A stretch of 63,610 bases of DNA, counting the filler, from Octopus bimaculoides (taxonomy: Eukaryota): NCBI RefSeq assembly GCF_001194135.2. It is 6 parts of 6 records of this genome, joined end to end, with 100 filler letters (N's around TTAATTAATTAA, not from the genome) between each part and the next. Parts side by side here need not be neighbours in the genome. Positions count along the whole stretch, not along the records: positions 1 to 24,564 come from NC_068993.1; 5 more parts are not named here. One strand, given 5' to 3'. This document shows positions 1 through 13,550 of this stretch, one piece after another (the stretch's first letter is position 1; each line of letters starts with the position of its first letter). The position numbers were made by a program, and so were the translations under genes. The notes beneath the pieces were generated by a model. That model did not search any database and had not been told where the DNA came from. It was given only the letters and a program-made list of their open reading frames with translations.

Positions 1-1808
1 TGTGTGTGTGTGTGTGTGCGTGTGTGTGTGTGTGTGTGTAGCTACACACATACATAAATGCATGTTCTGCAAATACATTTGCATAGTGATATGTTCGCGT
101 ACATATATACTGGTGTACATATAAACGTGATTATAAATAATCAACAGTCAACAGCAATAACGGAAAATAAATTTTCTTATCTGCCTAGCAACGTTAACAA
201 GCTTAAGAAGAAATCAAAACAGATGGATAGAAAACGTTATTCGTGCCATGGTAGTGAGAAACAAGTTGACTGCAATGCTTCTCTTTTGTAAAGGACAGAA
301 AAGGGTTATGAGTCTTTAGATACGAAATCATGTCGGAAAACTCTGAGAAAATTTGAAGGAGTTATGTTTTACCTACGGTGGGTGCAGACATATATTTTTC
401 TGTGATTCACTCCGTACGCTTGTTATCCATTTCGGAATATATCTAGCCGGAGAGATATGCATTTTAGGCGAACAAATAAATAGATTTTATTTGATCCAAA
501 AGCATTTACGAGAAAACAGTTTTTTCGACAATACAGACTTGACAACGAAAATATGTTAATACCTATGATGTTTAGATATAAATGTTCTCGTGTTTGTTAC
601 ATTTTTGTGTGGGTGTGTAGGAGAGACACAGAGACAGAGGGGCAGACAGACATAGGCAAAGAGAGAAAGAAAGAGGGAGAAAGTATGAGCGAAAGAGAGA
701 GATAAAATTAACTGAACAGGTGGAGACTTCGTTGTTCTTCTCATCATGCAAAGTGAAACGCGCGGCCTTAGTGTTTAGTTATTTTGAATTTAGTATTGTA
801 AATTATTTCTTTAGAATTGGTTGATATTATTCATTTATATCTTGTTTATTGAAACCCTCACACGACATGAAAATAACATTTACAACAATTTTAGGGCGCA
901 AGGTTTCAAATCGTGTGGCTTCAGATTGTAGGGTACCGAACCGCAAGGTACGACTCCAGTGACCCACTGTTCAGTTCACTGTTTGTGCAAACCATAAATT
1001 GGAACTATATTTCATATTAGGTGTGTACCTGGTTCGGTTTCATTTCCTGACTGGAGCATTACCATTGGCGTTTCACCTTCCGTTTCTGAACGAAATTGGA
1101 ATAAAAATTGCAAATTTGCATTTCCTGTTCTTCAAAAGGCTCTGAGGTCTAAAATTTGAAGCAATTAATTCTGCCAAAAACTTCAATCTTAGACTAAAGC
1201 GTCTGTGTCAGATTACTTTGCTATGTCATATGACAAAAAGGCAAACACTTTTCAGAGAAACACCAATAACACAATAAGCTATACTTTGATATATTTAGAT
1301 GACTTGGCCTGACCAGGTCATGTCTAACTTAATAGCCCTACTTGGTTTTGTTTAGAAAATTGAATTGTTATATTTCTGACAGATAAAATATTTTATTTCT
1401 TCTTTTCTGTTATTCCAGTTCTGACATTTAATAAAATAAACATTCCTCTTGAAACTTGAGTACAAAAACTCTTTAGGGTAAACAACCTATTTCTGCTTCG
1501 TACTATGTTATTGAAGTAATAGAATTTTACCTTCTTTAACACAGCACAAGGGTTTCGACAATTTTGTTTTACTCATTGTAACTAAAAAAAAAAAAAAAGA
1601 AATCAGGTTTCAGTGCAATTTTGACACACCTTGAAACATGTCTGTCATGTATCAAATTTATTAGGTGACTTATTAACCAATATCTTTTGAAAAGTCTCAA
1701 GATATATCCCTCTCCGCACATTAAACTGAATGATTCAGCGACTTTTAAATATGCATGATTAGCTGCATATCATCACTCCAAAAATGAGCTTAGTTTTTAA
1801 ACATTTAA

Positions 1809-2043
1809 GGCGGCGAGCTGGCAGAAACGTTAGCACGCCGGGCGAAATGTTCATCGGTATTTCGTCTGCCGCTACATTCTGAGTTCAAATTCCGCCGAGG
1901 TCGACTTTGCCTTTCATCTTTTCGGGGTCGATTAAATAAGTACCAGTTACGCACTGGGGTCGATACAATCGATTTAATCCGTTCGTTTGTCTTTGTTTGT
2001 CCTCTCTGTGTGTAGCCCCTTGTGGGCAATAAAGAAATAAGAA
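1809..2043 (+). mobile_element. tRNA-derived SINE, family A (ggcggcgagctggcagaa... head), full-length copy
   Basis: A/B-box-like head ending ctgagttcaaattcc, conserved body gtcgactttgcctttcatc...ggggtcgat...aagtaccag and tail ...gggcaataaagaaataag. Related copies at about 3000-3400(-), 5370-5490(-), 7060-7260(-), 7850-8050(-), 8110-8560(-), 16270-16380(-), 25210-25400(+), 26500-26660(-), 27885-28340(+), 41340-41455(-), 51540-51680(+), 53560-53690(+) and 59690-59810(-). Confidence 0.85.
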
Positions 2044-2601
2044 TTCAAACATTTAAAATGCACATTTGTCTGTTAGGCTTCTTAAATTAGAGCTATGATA
2101 TACATCTTCAACAACAACAAAACAAATCAAACTCATGTTTGATGACAACAAGCTGTTTGTAATCTCATGATTTTATGTCCAGTAAACAGCTTCCACATCG
2201 CCTCTGAATAGGTTCCTCGTTAAAGCTGAACAGTTTCCGCATTACAAGGGCAAGATTGTAAAAGTTAAATAGCCATTTAGAGAGACTTTGTTCAGAACAA
2301 ACTAATGCAAAATATATTTAACATTGCTTCGGTGACGTCTTCTTTCGATTTCGGGGCTAACGATATGATTGAATACACGTTAAAGAAGTTATAAAGTATA
2401 AAGAGAAAACATGTCAGTTTGACACCTGACGTGTGGTAGACGTGAGGTATGAAAGTGACCGCAGAGAAATTTGAGATGAAGTGATTTGTCCAAGAATACA
2501 ACGCCTCATCCGATCCCGGAAATGAAACCACGATCTCATGGTCGCGAGGCCATTCGCCCACATACACACACACACATAATGAGTGTCTGTGTCTGTGTTT
2601 G

Positions 2602-2639
<38 letters not shown>

Positions 2640-3981
2640 CGCGCACGTGTGCGTATGTGCACATTGATATGAACGTTTCCATAGACATTCACAAGACGTT
2701 CACAAGACGTCTCAGCAACTTCAACTGAGAAAATATACAACACACAGTAGGAATGATTTACAGTAAACGAAAACTAAGGATTATTTCCCAAAGTAAAAAT
2801 AAGTATTAGTTCAATACAATTCTGAAGCTCAATACAATTCTAACGTAACATTTTATTTTTCAAAATATTACAAGGGTTACAAAAGATTATTGAATTTCCA
2901 GAATGGGTCACCATGATGGTAAAAACGTGGGAAATGCTGTTTCAAATAAGGGTAATATTTATTTCCAATTTTGGCACAAGGACAGAACCCTTAGGAGATA
3001 GTGATAGTCGATTACATTCACCCAAGTCCTTCAACTGATACTCATTTCATCAATCCAAAGACGATGAAAAGGCATAGAAGACCTCGGCAGAATTTGAACT
3101 CAGAACGTAAAGCTGGAAAAAACATCGCTAAGCATTTTCTCCAGTATGCTAACGATTCTGCCAGATCGCTTCCTTACAGTAATTCTTATTATTGGTGCAA
3201 TGCCCGAAATTTGGGAGAAGGGAGCTAAGCGATTACATCGATCCTAGTGCTCAAATAATCCTTATTTTATAAACCCAGAAAGGATAAAAGGCAAAGTTGA
3301 TATCGGCGGAATTTGAACTCAGAACACAAAGTGCTAGAAGGAATGCCACAAAGCATTTTGTCCGACATGCAAACGATTCAGCCAGCTCGCCGCCTTAAAT
3401 GAAGGTAATAATACAAGGAAACCGTAACGTCTATACCTTTCCCATTGGTATGAATAATACTGATGAAATGAAACTGCTACAATAAAAAATAGCAACAAGA
3501 TGCAGTCTGATGACAGATTACTCATAGCAGCGAAAAAAAAACTATATAATTAATTTCCATGGTGATAAATGTAATTAAAGAAGGCGTTAATATTTGTTCA
3601 ATTTTGTAACATGAACATAATTAGAGTATTCATAAATGCCGAACAGGTGTTAAATCTTGCTTCTGTGAGACACTATGGTATATATAATAAGTTGCAAAGA
3701 CTCCAAAGTGAAACAACTTTAATACAGAAATGTCATTAAACACAACAAAAGACTATATAAAGCGAAAATCAATCGATGTAAGAAGTTAACTAATTTTCAT
3801 ATAGATTAGATTCACCTTCACGCTAGACGAACGCTTGACCTTTACAGGTCGCATCTCAACTACTATTACAGCTTGACCTCAAAGAGTATGTTAATATGTC
3901 TCTCACAGACGTGCACATACGCCCGCCTGTGCTCACACGCACACACGAGCACACACACACACACACTCCTCAAAATACATA

Positions 3982-4018
<37 letters not shown>

Positions 4019-5619
4019 GATGGGTGATATTTATATGGGTATATAGATANNNNNNNNNNNNNNNNNNNNNNNNNNNNNNNNNNNNNNNNNNNNNNNNNNN
4101 NNNNNNNNNNNNNNNNNNNNNNNNNNNNNNNNNNNNNNNNNNNNNNNNNNNNNNNNNNNNNNNNNNNNNNNNNNNNNNNNNNNNNNNNNNNNNNNNNNNN
4201 NNNNNNNNNNNNNNNNNNNNNNNNNNNNNNNNNNNNNNNNNNNNNNNNNNNNNNNNNNNNNNNNNNNNNNNNNNNNNNNNNNNNNNNNNNNNNNNNNNNN
4301 NNNNNNNNNNNNNNNNNNNNNNNNNNNNNNNNNNNNNNNNNNNNNNNNNNNNNNNNNNNNNNNNNNNNNNNNNNNNNNNNNNNNNNNNNNNNNNNNNNNN
4401 NNNNNNNNNNNNNNNNNNNNNNNNNNNNNNNNNNNNNNNNNNNNNNNNNNNNNNNNNNNNNNNAACAAATGCACACACAAACACATGTATTTAATATATA
4501 TATATATATATATATAGCAATAAGAAAATGGAGGGGAATATGAGGTACTCATCAACTTGCAGACACTGTATTCCGTTGATTAATCTGTTTATTTTATCAC
4601 CAAAATGGCAATAAAGACAATATACTGACACTTATGACATACCATGTTATATCAACAATTAAGATTTCAAATTTAAAGGATATCTAGCAGACGGGCTTCT
4701 TTCAGTTTCCGTTTATCAAATATACTCACAAGGCTTTGGTTTGCCCGCTTCTATAGTAGAAGACACTTGCCTAAGGTGACATGCGGTGGAAATGAACTCA
4801 GAACAATGTGATTGGGAAGCAAGCTTCTTGCCACACAACCGTGCCTATGCTTATATATATATATACATATATATATGTGTGTGTATATACACACATACTA
4901 ACACACACACACACACACACACGCATACATACATACATACATATGAGATTTCTGAGCTTAGAGACTGTCTCGATTAAATGAGAGTGATGCTCGGGTACGG
5001 TAGTTTAAAAGGAAATTTAAGGTATGAGATTTAATCCTTGATAGAAAAAATGGGATTACGCCATTGATGTACCGGAAGAAGAGAGAACTGAGCAAAACCG
5101 AACCCTATGTTATACCAGAACTGATGATAAGTCAAAGATGAATGTCTCAGCACAGGCCGACAGAAAGCTATGCGACAGACTAACACCGATCCAAGATGCG
5201 TGTCACAAAGGGAGCTCATAAATGAGAAGTTTTAACAAGAAATTTGCGTGCGAGACAGTCTAAAGCTTTAGCGTCATGAAGATTATTACAGTTTCCATCA
5301 AATTTCTCAAGAATGAGAGTCCTCGAACACGTGTCTTAGGGGGAGCGGTTTTCTTTACAAATATAGGTTTTAAATTTTGGCACAAGGCCAGCAAGTTCGG
5401 GGAGGGGTCTAAGTCGATTACATCGNNNNNNNNNNATGCCGCTAAACTTATTGCCCGGCGTGCTAATGATTCTACATACTCGCCGCCTTACGCTTTACTA
5501 ATATTTATTGTGTACATATCTGTGTGTGTGTGTATGTATCTACAGGTGTGAAATCGTGTCCACGTGTAGCCTTCGAGTTTTTCTATCCAAAAGGGGATTT
5601 AGCTCAATATTTGTTGTTG

Positions 5620-5999
5620 GCACTTCGTCGCTTACGACGTCGAGGGTTCCAGTTGGTCCGATCAATGGAACAGCCTGCTCGTGAAATTAACGTGCAAGTG
5701 GCTGAGCATTCCACAGACACGTGTACCCTTAACGTAGTTCTCGGGGATATTCAGCGTTACACAGTGTAACAAGGCTGGCCCTTTAAATTACAGGCACAAC
5801 AGAAACAGGAAGTAAGAGTGAGAGAAAGTTGTAGTGAAAGAGCACAGCAGGGTTCGCCACCATCCCCTGCCGGAGCCTCGTGGGGCTTTAGGTATTTTCG
5901 CTCAATAAACACTCACAACGCCCGCCGGTCTGGGAATCGAAACCGCGATCCTATGACCGCGAGTCCACTGACCTAACCACTATGCCATTGCGCCTCCAC
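5620..5999 (-). mobile_element. tRNA-derived SINE, third family (gtggaggcgcaatgg...gtggttagg...ggtttcgattcccagacc head)
   Basis: The minus strand starts with a tRNA-like head with A and B boxes, followed by a non-tRNA body. No tRNA acceptor stem is completed. Confidence 0.75.
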
Positions 6000-8900
6000 T
6001 GCTCAATATCTAAACGCTGTCATTTATAGGTTTATGTGCTTCGAGATGCGTTATGCCAAAAAAGAATTAGTTCATGTTTTCTCGTTCGTGTTTATAAATT
6101 CTAATGACGTCAGCAACATGTATGTATGTATGTATGTATGTATGTATGTATGTATGTATGTATGTATGTATGTATGGTGGTAGGGTGTGTGAGTGCTGGC
6201 TTGGCGGAGAAGGAAGTATATGCAGACCTGAACCACATTAATGATGTTTTGTTGCCCTTTATGAAAATTATCATCAGCAAAAGCTATGTGAGAATCGAAA
6301 ATTTGAAATGACCATTTATCGCAGCATGCATAAACATCGTCATAGCAGCCATTATATTGAGTCGATATGGAGACGTAATTATATTTCTGATAAGAATCAT
6401 TAAAACGTCATTAACATATCAACATATACCATTAGTATATACCATTAATTCCTCATATCATAAAATACGCAAGAGTTTTGTTAGTTTTAGTACTCAGTTA
6501 AAACACTCCCATAAGTAATAGCTTGCTGTAGGACAGTCTCCCGCCAGTGATACTAAATATTTTCTTTAAAAAAAAAACCATAAAGAAAGGAGCCACCTAT
6601 TACGTATTGTACTACTATATTCTTCCTTGAAACATCATTTGAAAGAATGATTTTTAGGTTTTCTTAAAAGAATACAAAAGTGAGGGTTTTTTTCAGATTT
6701 TCTTGGAAGAATGCAAAAGTGGTTTTCTGTTGTCTTTTTACAAGACATTAACTTGTCAGTTACATAAGAAGTTCGCCAGCCTGGCCAGTAAGAAAATAAA
6801 GAGATGGAACAAACGCCACTAAACATTTTATTGGAAGCTCTAATAAATCGATTCATCTATGACTCTGGATTGGTATTTTACTTTATCGACCTGACTCTAG
6901 AACGATTAACCGTAAAGTTAACCGCGGCATATTTGAACGCAAAATGTTAAAAAACCTGGACGCTCACTTTAAGGCATTTGGTCCGGTACTCTATCGATCG
7001 TAGCAATTTGGTCCAAGACACGCTGTATTTGAATAAAATATGGCTTTTCTACTCTAGGCGCAAATCCCGAAATTTTGCGGGTGGGGGCCAGTCGATTAGA
7101 TCGACCCAGTACGTAACTGCTACTTAATTTATCGATCCCGAAAGGATGAAAGGCAAAGTCAACCTCGGTGGAATTTTAACTCAGAACATAAAGACAGACG
7201 AAATACTGCTAAGCATTTCGGCCGGCGTGCTAACGTCTCTGCCGGCTTGCCACTTTATTGCCAGCTCGCTATATGGCTATTCACGGCTGGAATAGCCGTG
7301 AATAATCTTTCATCATGAGTCTGTTTAGTCAGGATTATGAGCTAAACAACAAAATAACAAAAGTTAACATAGACACAAAGCCATAAATTTCGTTCAAGGA
7401 ATCAGTTTATTCCGTCTACCGCTGAGTATTTGAATATACTTTTACTAAATTGCCCCGGAATTTATGACAGAGCAACTTTGAACTCGGACGTAGAGAGACA
7501 TCACTAAATATCTCATGGCATTTCTGTCAGTTGTTTTAACGAAACTATCATCCAACGCCAAGCAATGTGTGAGCCTCTATGCAAACGCCCGACCTACTAG
7601 ATATGATAGGCAACATCTCCCACAATATACTGCCTAAAATACAACAGGGAGAACACACTGTGTAATGTAGTCCTAGATACACTATGTCCGAAAAAGAAAA
7701 CTTGAGTGGCCACAACTGAAACACCTTTGACTGTAAGTTTGTTATATAATTATTGAGCTGGTATTTATTAGCAAATTATAGATAACACAACATATGAGGG
7801 TTGGCGTATGTGTTTGTGTGTATGTGTATGTATTCAATCAATAGTTTCAAATGTTGGCACAAGGCCAGCAATTTTAGGGCGGGATAATCGATTACACTGA
7901 CCTCAGTTCTCAACGGGTACTTATTTTATCGATCTCGAAAGGATGAAAGGCAAAGTCAACCTCGGCGGAATTTGAACTCAGATCATAATGTGTCGGAAAA
8001 TTACTGTCAGGCATTTTTGTCCGATGTACTAACGATTCTGCCAGCGACATCCCGACAAGATGCTAATTAAACAGAAAATAACCTAGAGACTCAAATATAC
8101 TTTTCTACTCAAGGTACAAGGCCTAAAATTTTGGGGGAGGGGCCCAGTCGATTAGATTGACCCCAGTACGCAACTGGTACTTAATTTATCGACCCCGAAA
8201 GGACGAAAGACAAAGTCGACTTCGGCGGAATTTGGACTCAGAAAGTAAAGACNNNNNNNNNNCAAAGTCGACTTCGGCGGAATTTGGACTCAGAAAGTAA
8301 AGACAGACGAAATACCGCTAAGCATTTCGCCCGGCGTGCTAACGTTTCTTATTTCTTTATTGCCCACAAGGGGCTAAAAAATAGAGGGAACAAACAAAGG
8401 GGTTAAGTCGATTACATAGACCCAGTGCGTAACTGCTACTTAATTTATCGACCCGAAAAGGATGAAAGGCAAAGTTGACCTCGGCGGAATTTGAACTCAG
8501 AACGTAAAGACATGCAAAATACCGCTATGCATTTCGCTGGCGGGCTAACGTTTCTGCCAGCACGTCGCTTTAGAGACTCAAATATAATATCACAACTATA
8601 TATAAATTCTTATATGGAAGGCGAAAAGGAAAATCCTGAACTGGCGGGATTAGAATATAAAATGCAAGGGGCAATACTTAAATAGCACAGTGTATTTCGA
8701 CTTGTGGTCCATGTTATTCCACAACCTTTTCCTGTATTAGAGCAATATTTTGTTGGTTTCAATGGGTTACTGAAAACACTGGAAGAAATTTGGAATTACG
8801 GTTTCTGCTGTTTAAGACCATCAATCGGTTTTGAGTTGTCTTTAGTAGAGTTAAGTCTCCAGTCTGAAGATAAATTTCGGGTCCCCACCCCCACCCCCAG

Positions 8901-11728
8901 CTTCAGAGGCTACAAAAATGTAATGAGTGCTGTGCTTCTATAACTCAATAATGTTACAGAAAGTAAAATATGCAATGTTGGAAGCTGGACGGCAAAAGAG
9001 CTTGTCGGAAATTTACTTCTCCTACTTATTTAAAGCACATAAGTTAAACAAAAATGGCTTCAAACGAAAATCGAAAATTGCCATGTGCTTAAATTTTCAC
9101 CTAATAATAATCTGCAGTGGATTAACGGCTTTCCAATGTATTAGACATTTCTCGATAATAGGAAAACGAGAAAGAAATGTTATTAAATCGATTGATTTCA
9201 TTCTTGGGAATAAAGAACGAATTTTCCTTCCTTTTTACGTTTTTTAGTTTAGAGTTGCACAGTATTGTAATTGAGTGGCTGGTCGCTAGATATGGGTTTC
9301 TTAATACTCAATAGCTCAGACCACCTAACTGTAAATAAGTGTTATACTGCCATACAATTCACTTCTTTAAATAACACGAACAAGTGTTCAAGTATTCATA
9401 TTCGAATGGCATAGCTATTACGTCTGGTATACGATTCAGCAAGCCGATAAAATGAAAAAGTTTGTTAATTAGATTTAGAAAAAATTAAGATAGCATGGCT
9501 GGGTGTAGCTAAAAAAAAGGTTCCCCAGTTAGAGGTGATTTGTGTACCAGTCCTTATTTGTGGATGAGTTTTCATTTATGTTACTAAAGACTTTGAAAAT
9601 GACACAAACCCACATTCCTTCACAGTTATTGAGTAGAGTTATCTCAATGCCCCTTAAACCCTAGGTAAATTAATGAACTGGCGCTTAACTTTAATTTTCT
9701 GGCACTAAGGGCATAAGAGATAAATTTTCCACTTGGATGCCGGGCCACCAGCTCAGGTAGCATTTCCAGATTACCTGTTACCCATTACCAACATTTTAAA
9801 TGACCTGTGATAATAGAATACTAAGTATACTGCCCTAACACATAATAAAACGCCTGTAGTCAAGGCACTCGAGCGTCAATATCATCAACTCAGCCATTTC
9901 ACGTTTAGCCGAAAAAACATGGCGGTTTTCATCAAACTATACTGTTTGCATCGTCACGACTGTTACGTAATTACAGATGTTCTCCGCTTAAATGTCTATG
10001 ATCAATGGTCTGTTCGACCATCAGTGTTGATCAGAAGCTAAGCAACAACAAAACCTTAAATGAACACATTCTAACTAAGCCTGGTTAGCGGAAATCTTAT
10101 TTACTGAATGCTTCCATGTAAAAATGGTGTAACACGACGTGTTATACAATTTTAATGAGATCTTTCTTAAACTTATAACAGCATAAGACCACCACGTCTT
10201 TAGTGAGCCGAGTTGGTTCAGATGCCCAGCTTGCCACAAATAAGCTGTACAGCAACGAATGTAATGAAGTACAACACCATGACATATAAGCTGCATGCTA
10301 AAATCATAGGACTTACGTTAAATATTATATAACCTTGCAATGGGAGCAGACATAGCCGAAGGGTTATGAATATCGCTTTGCAAATATTATGTCGCAGGTT
10401 CGTGATCTCTCTGGGCAGAAAATCATATTAGGCAAATGTCTTTTGCTATTAACTCGGATTGATCCCTAACTTGTGAGTAAAATTTAATCAAGAGAAACTA
10501 TGAGGAAACCCTTCGGATAAACAGTTTTGTTATACAATGTCATGCTAATTTTGCTTTAAGGTCGACTCTATGCTATTCCGTCTACCGCCAAATTGGTGCC
10601 AAAAATACTGATCAACACTCATTTGGACCGCGTCAGTAAGGCTGAGAGAGGGGTTCTGGCGATTGGACAATTCCAGATCTCCATACGCGCAATCCATTCT
10701 TGATCTGTGGCTGTCATTAGCGGAGTCTATTTTGTTGCAAACATCTGGACCAGAGTTTGGAATTGAAAGTGGCCTCCTGCTTCCCACCAACCCCTAGGGC
10801 CAAGAGTAGCACGCTTTCTTCTGACTAAGCGATCAAAAAATAATTCTTTAATAAAAAGCTGAACTTTCCTCTGAGTAATTATTGCATCGGCAAGAATGCA
10901 TAGCAGAGTTGGAAATTTTTGCTTGCTTTCGGCAAGAGTTTAAACTAGAGTCGGATAATTTTGTTTGTTGTGAGGAATATAAAATCTAATATCGCATCCA
11001 TACTAATTGATAATATCAACTTTTCTATCTTTCTTTCTTATCTTCAGACATGGGGCAGGGTTTGAAACGATGGCTACAGTTCACGACAAATGAACTTATC
11101 GAAGTTACCGATTAAACAAAACATATTTTGCTACCCAGTTAAGCGTAATATGTGGAGGAACAAAAGCAATCGAAAGATGTCTTAACACGTATAAGGATTC
11201 GTTTACATGTTTTTGATAATACAAAATAAAACAGCAAACATCGAGACATATAGTGACGGTTTCCGTTGATAAATAGTAATGCAAAAAAAGTTCACACAGT
11301 TACAGGATAAACAGACAGGACTCCTAATCAATATTTTTTTTTATTAATATGGCATATAAAATGATAAAAATGAAAGAAAATAAAAAAGCAGGAAGTATAC
11401 TGAGAAATATATTACAGCGAATCATGCAAATATTTCGTAATCTCGGCAGACAAAATGGCGACTGCGTTGCGTCAAAGAACAGTGAGATAAATATGCTGAA
11501 AGAATCGTTCCACATCGCAGAACTCGTTCTTGTGGATAGCAAGAATGATCGGGATAGGGATAGCAATCCCTATTCTGATCAGACTGTGTATGAATGGATA
11601 TGTGTGGTGGTGGTGGTGGTGGTGGTGCTGGTGGTGGTGGTGGTGAGTGGAGGACAGATTGTTAGTCTGTTGTAGGTTCGAAAACAAAAAAAAAACTATC
11701 AGAAAGCAACCAGCAGATACTTTCAGTT

Positions 11729-11764
11729 CCCTCTGACGAAGGGTTCTTACTGAAACGTTAGTTT
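11729..11764 (+). ncRNA. Degenerate minimal type-I hammerhead-ribozyme-like motif (Penelope-type)
   Basis: ct-CTGACGA-agggttcttact-GAAACGTT-ag. Both core boxes are intact, stem II is short and imperfect, palindromic AACGTT replaces stem III, and stem I is only 2 bp. Confidence 0.4.
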
Positions 11765-12533
11765 TGTCTTCTTTCGCACTGCATAAAAATTTATTTCCTT
11801 GTATGATAATTATACTTCATCTCATCGACTTAACTAAAAACAGTCTGCAGTGTGATTAAAAATATATTCCATAACCTCAACTAAATTTTTGTTTTTGAAC
11901 TTGTAGACACATGTTGGACATGAATCTCCCGAATAAATAACGTTTTACATAGTAACTAAACTTATTCTACGATGAGCCAACGGGGGGAGCCTCTACACGA
12001 TCGATCGACTTGCTAATAATAGCAGCCAAATATCCCTCGAATTACACCCTACAGGAATAGCTTAGAAATAGATACATCAGATAAGGTAGTCTTTCAGATT
12101 TCTAAAATACTAGACGGTCACGACTGGAACGCACTTGATCATAGATCGACTGGATCGATCTTGACCTGGGGCAAAACAATAAGAACGACTGAAAAAACAG
12201 TTAATGTGTGTGTATGCATGTGTGTACACGTGTTTGTAATTATATTTTCATGAAGGGTGGCTGTGTGTGTATGTACATGCGTATGTATGTATATGTGTGT
12301 ATGTGCGCGCGCGAGTGTGTCTGTATGTATGAACCTATACGTTCGCCCCTAAGGTCCGTTTGTGTGCATATGTCCGTGTAATGTGTGTGTTTTCTATATG
12401 GATTCTTTTTTTGTCCGAATGGATACGAGTGTAGGCTTGTGTGCGTATATTTGCAATCATGTGTGTATGTATGTATGTATGTGCGTGTGTGTGTGTCGCC
12501 GTATGCGAGTGTGTGTCTGTGTGTGACCGAGTG

Positions 12534-12568
<35 letters not shown>

Positions 12569-12640
12569 TTGTGTGTGCATGTGTTTGTGTATGTGTTTTT
12601 TTACCCAATAAGGTTGAGAAATACTCGTTTTCCACTTTAC

Positions 12641-12695
12641 CTTGGCTGCAAAACAAAAGAAGGAGAAAAGCCTCCATTGACACTCGGCTGTTCAT
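12641..12695 (-). CDS. Candidate first coding exon encoding a signal-peptide-like sequence (unknown gene)
   Basis: gggATG AAC... encodes MNSRVSMEAFLLLLFCSQ followed by G|gtaaag (phase-1 donor). It is preceded by a CAG-rich, relatively GC-rich UTR-like stretch. No homology recognised. Confidence 0.25.
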
Positions 12696-12839
12696 CCCGA
12701 TCACTCTCCGGTCACCGACTGGCAAACCTAGTAAGCTTTTCTGCTGCTGCTGCTGCTGCTGTTGGCAGTGGTGGTACTGCTGCCGCTGTCGCTCTTCGAG
12801 ACACTTTTCACTCCCTTCTTTATCTCAGTTTTGTCTTTT

Positions 12840-13550
12840 TCTTCATGTAACTCACTCTCTCCCCTCCCTCACTCTCTCTCTCTCTCTCTGTCTCAGATTA
12901 TAGTTTGCCAGTTTGAGTGAAGGCTACTCTCTAAACCTTTACCGCTCTTTTCCCTCCCTTCTTTCGTTGTTTCCCTCATCTCCCCATACATTCCCTCTCT
13001 CCTCTTCCCTATCTTTCTTTCTCTTTCTCTCTCCCTCCCTTACTTTGTCCTATTCCCACTTCCAAACCCCGTTTTACTATATCACCCTTTTTTTTCTTTT
13101 CTTCTTTGTGTGTCTTCTTATCTATCACTCCCGTTCTGTTTGCATTTGTCATCCTCCCACTACCTCTCTCTTTTTCTCCCTTTGTCTCTCACTCTCACGC
13201 TCTCCGTCTCTCTCTCTCACTCTCTCTCTTTCTCTCTCTCGCTCTCTCATTTTATCTGTGTAATCATCTCTTAGATACAACCCCCCATTCCTATCCAACA
13301 ACATGTATCTGTCACTCACGTTCCTTTCACCCACCTCCTACCTTTTCTCTTCAGTCTTCTCACACTCCCTTTCTCTCTCTCATTTTTTTATTGCTTTTAT
13401 CTCCCCCTTCTACCCACTCTCTCTCACTCCTCTATCTTACCTCTATAACACCCTCTCTCCTTTTTCCCTTTCTCTCTTTCTGCATCACTCCCCTTCTTTC
13501 TTTTTCTCTCTCCCCCTCTCTCTATCTCTCTATCTCCCCTCGCGATCCGT
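12840..13550. repeat. Pyrimidine-rich low-complexity tract (CT/TC-rich)
   Basis: Long imperfect (CT)n and (TTTC)n sequence. Confidence 0.85.

Noticed and set aside
3933-4555. Long ORFs in the supplied track that span N runs (also at 14.2, 17.2, 27, 29.8, 39.7, 41.4, 52.6, 55.3 and 56.8 kb)
   Set aside because: They are open only because N codons are not stops. The flanks are microsatellites or SINEs.
5930-5999. tRNA genes at SINE heads (also 1809, 22191, 56729)
   Set aside because: They have A/B boxes but no complete cloverleaf, and they continue into multicopy SINE bodies.
8191-8292. Exact about 42-bp direct duplication around a 10-N gap
   Set aside because: Typical unmerged contig overlap. 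The duplicated TA/GTCT tract at about 61763 and 62011 is similarly suspect.
11349-11675. 108-aa plus-strand ORF
   Set aside because: No recognisable homology or splice support, and the C-terminus is a (GTG)n repeat.
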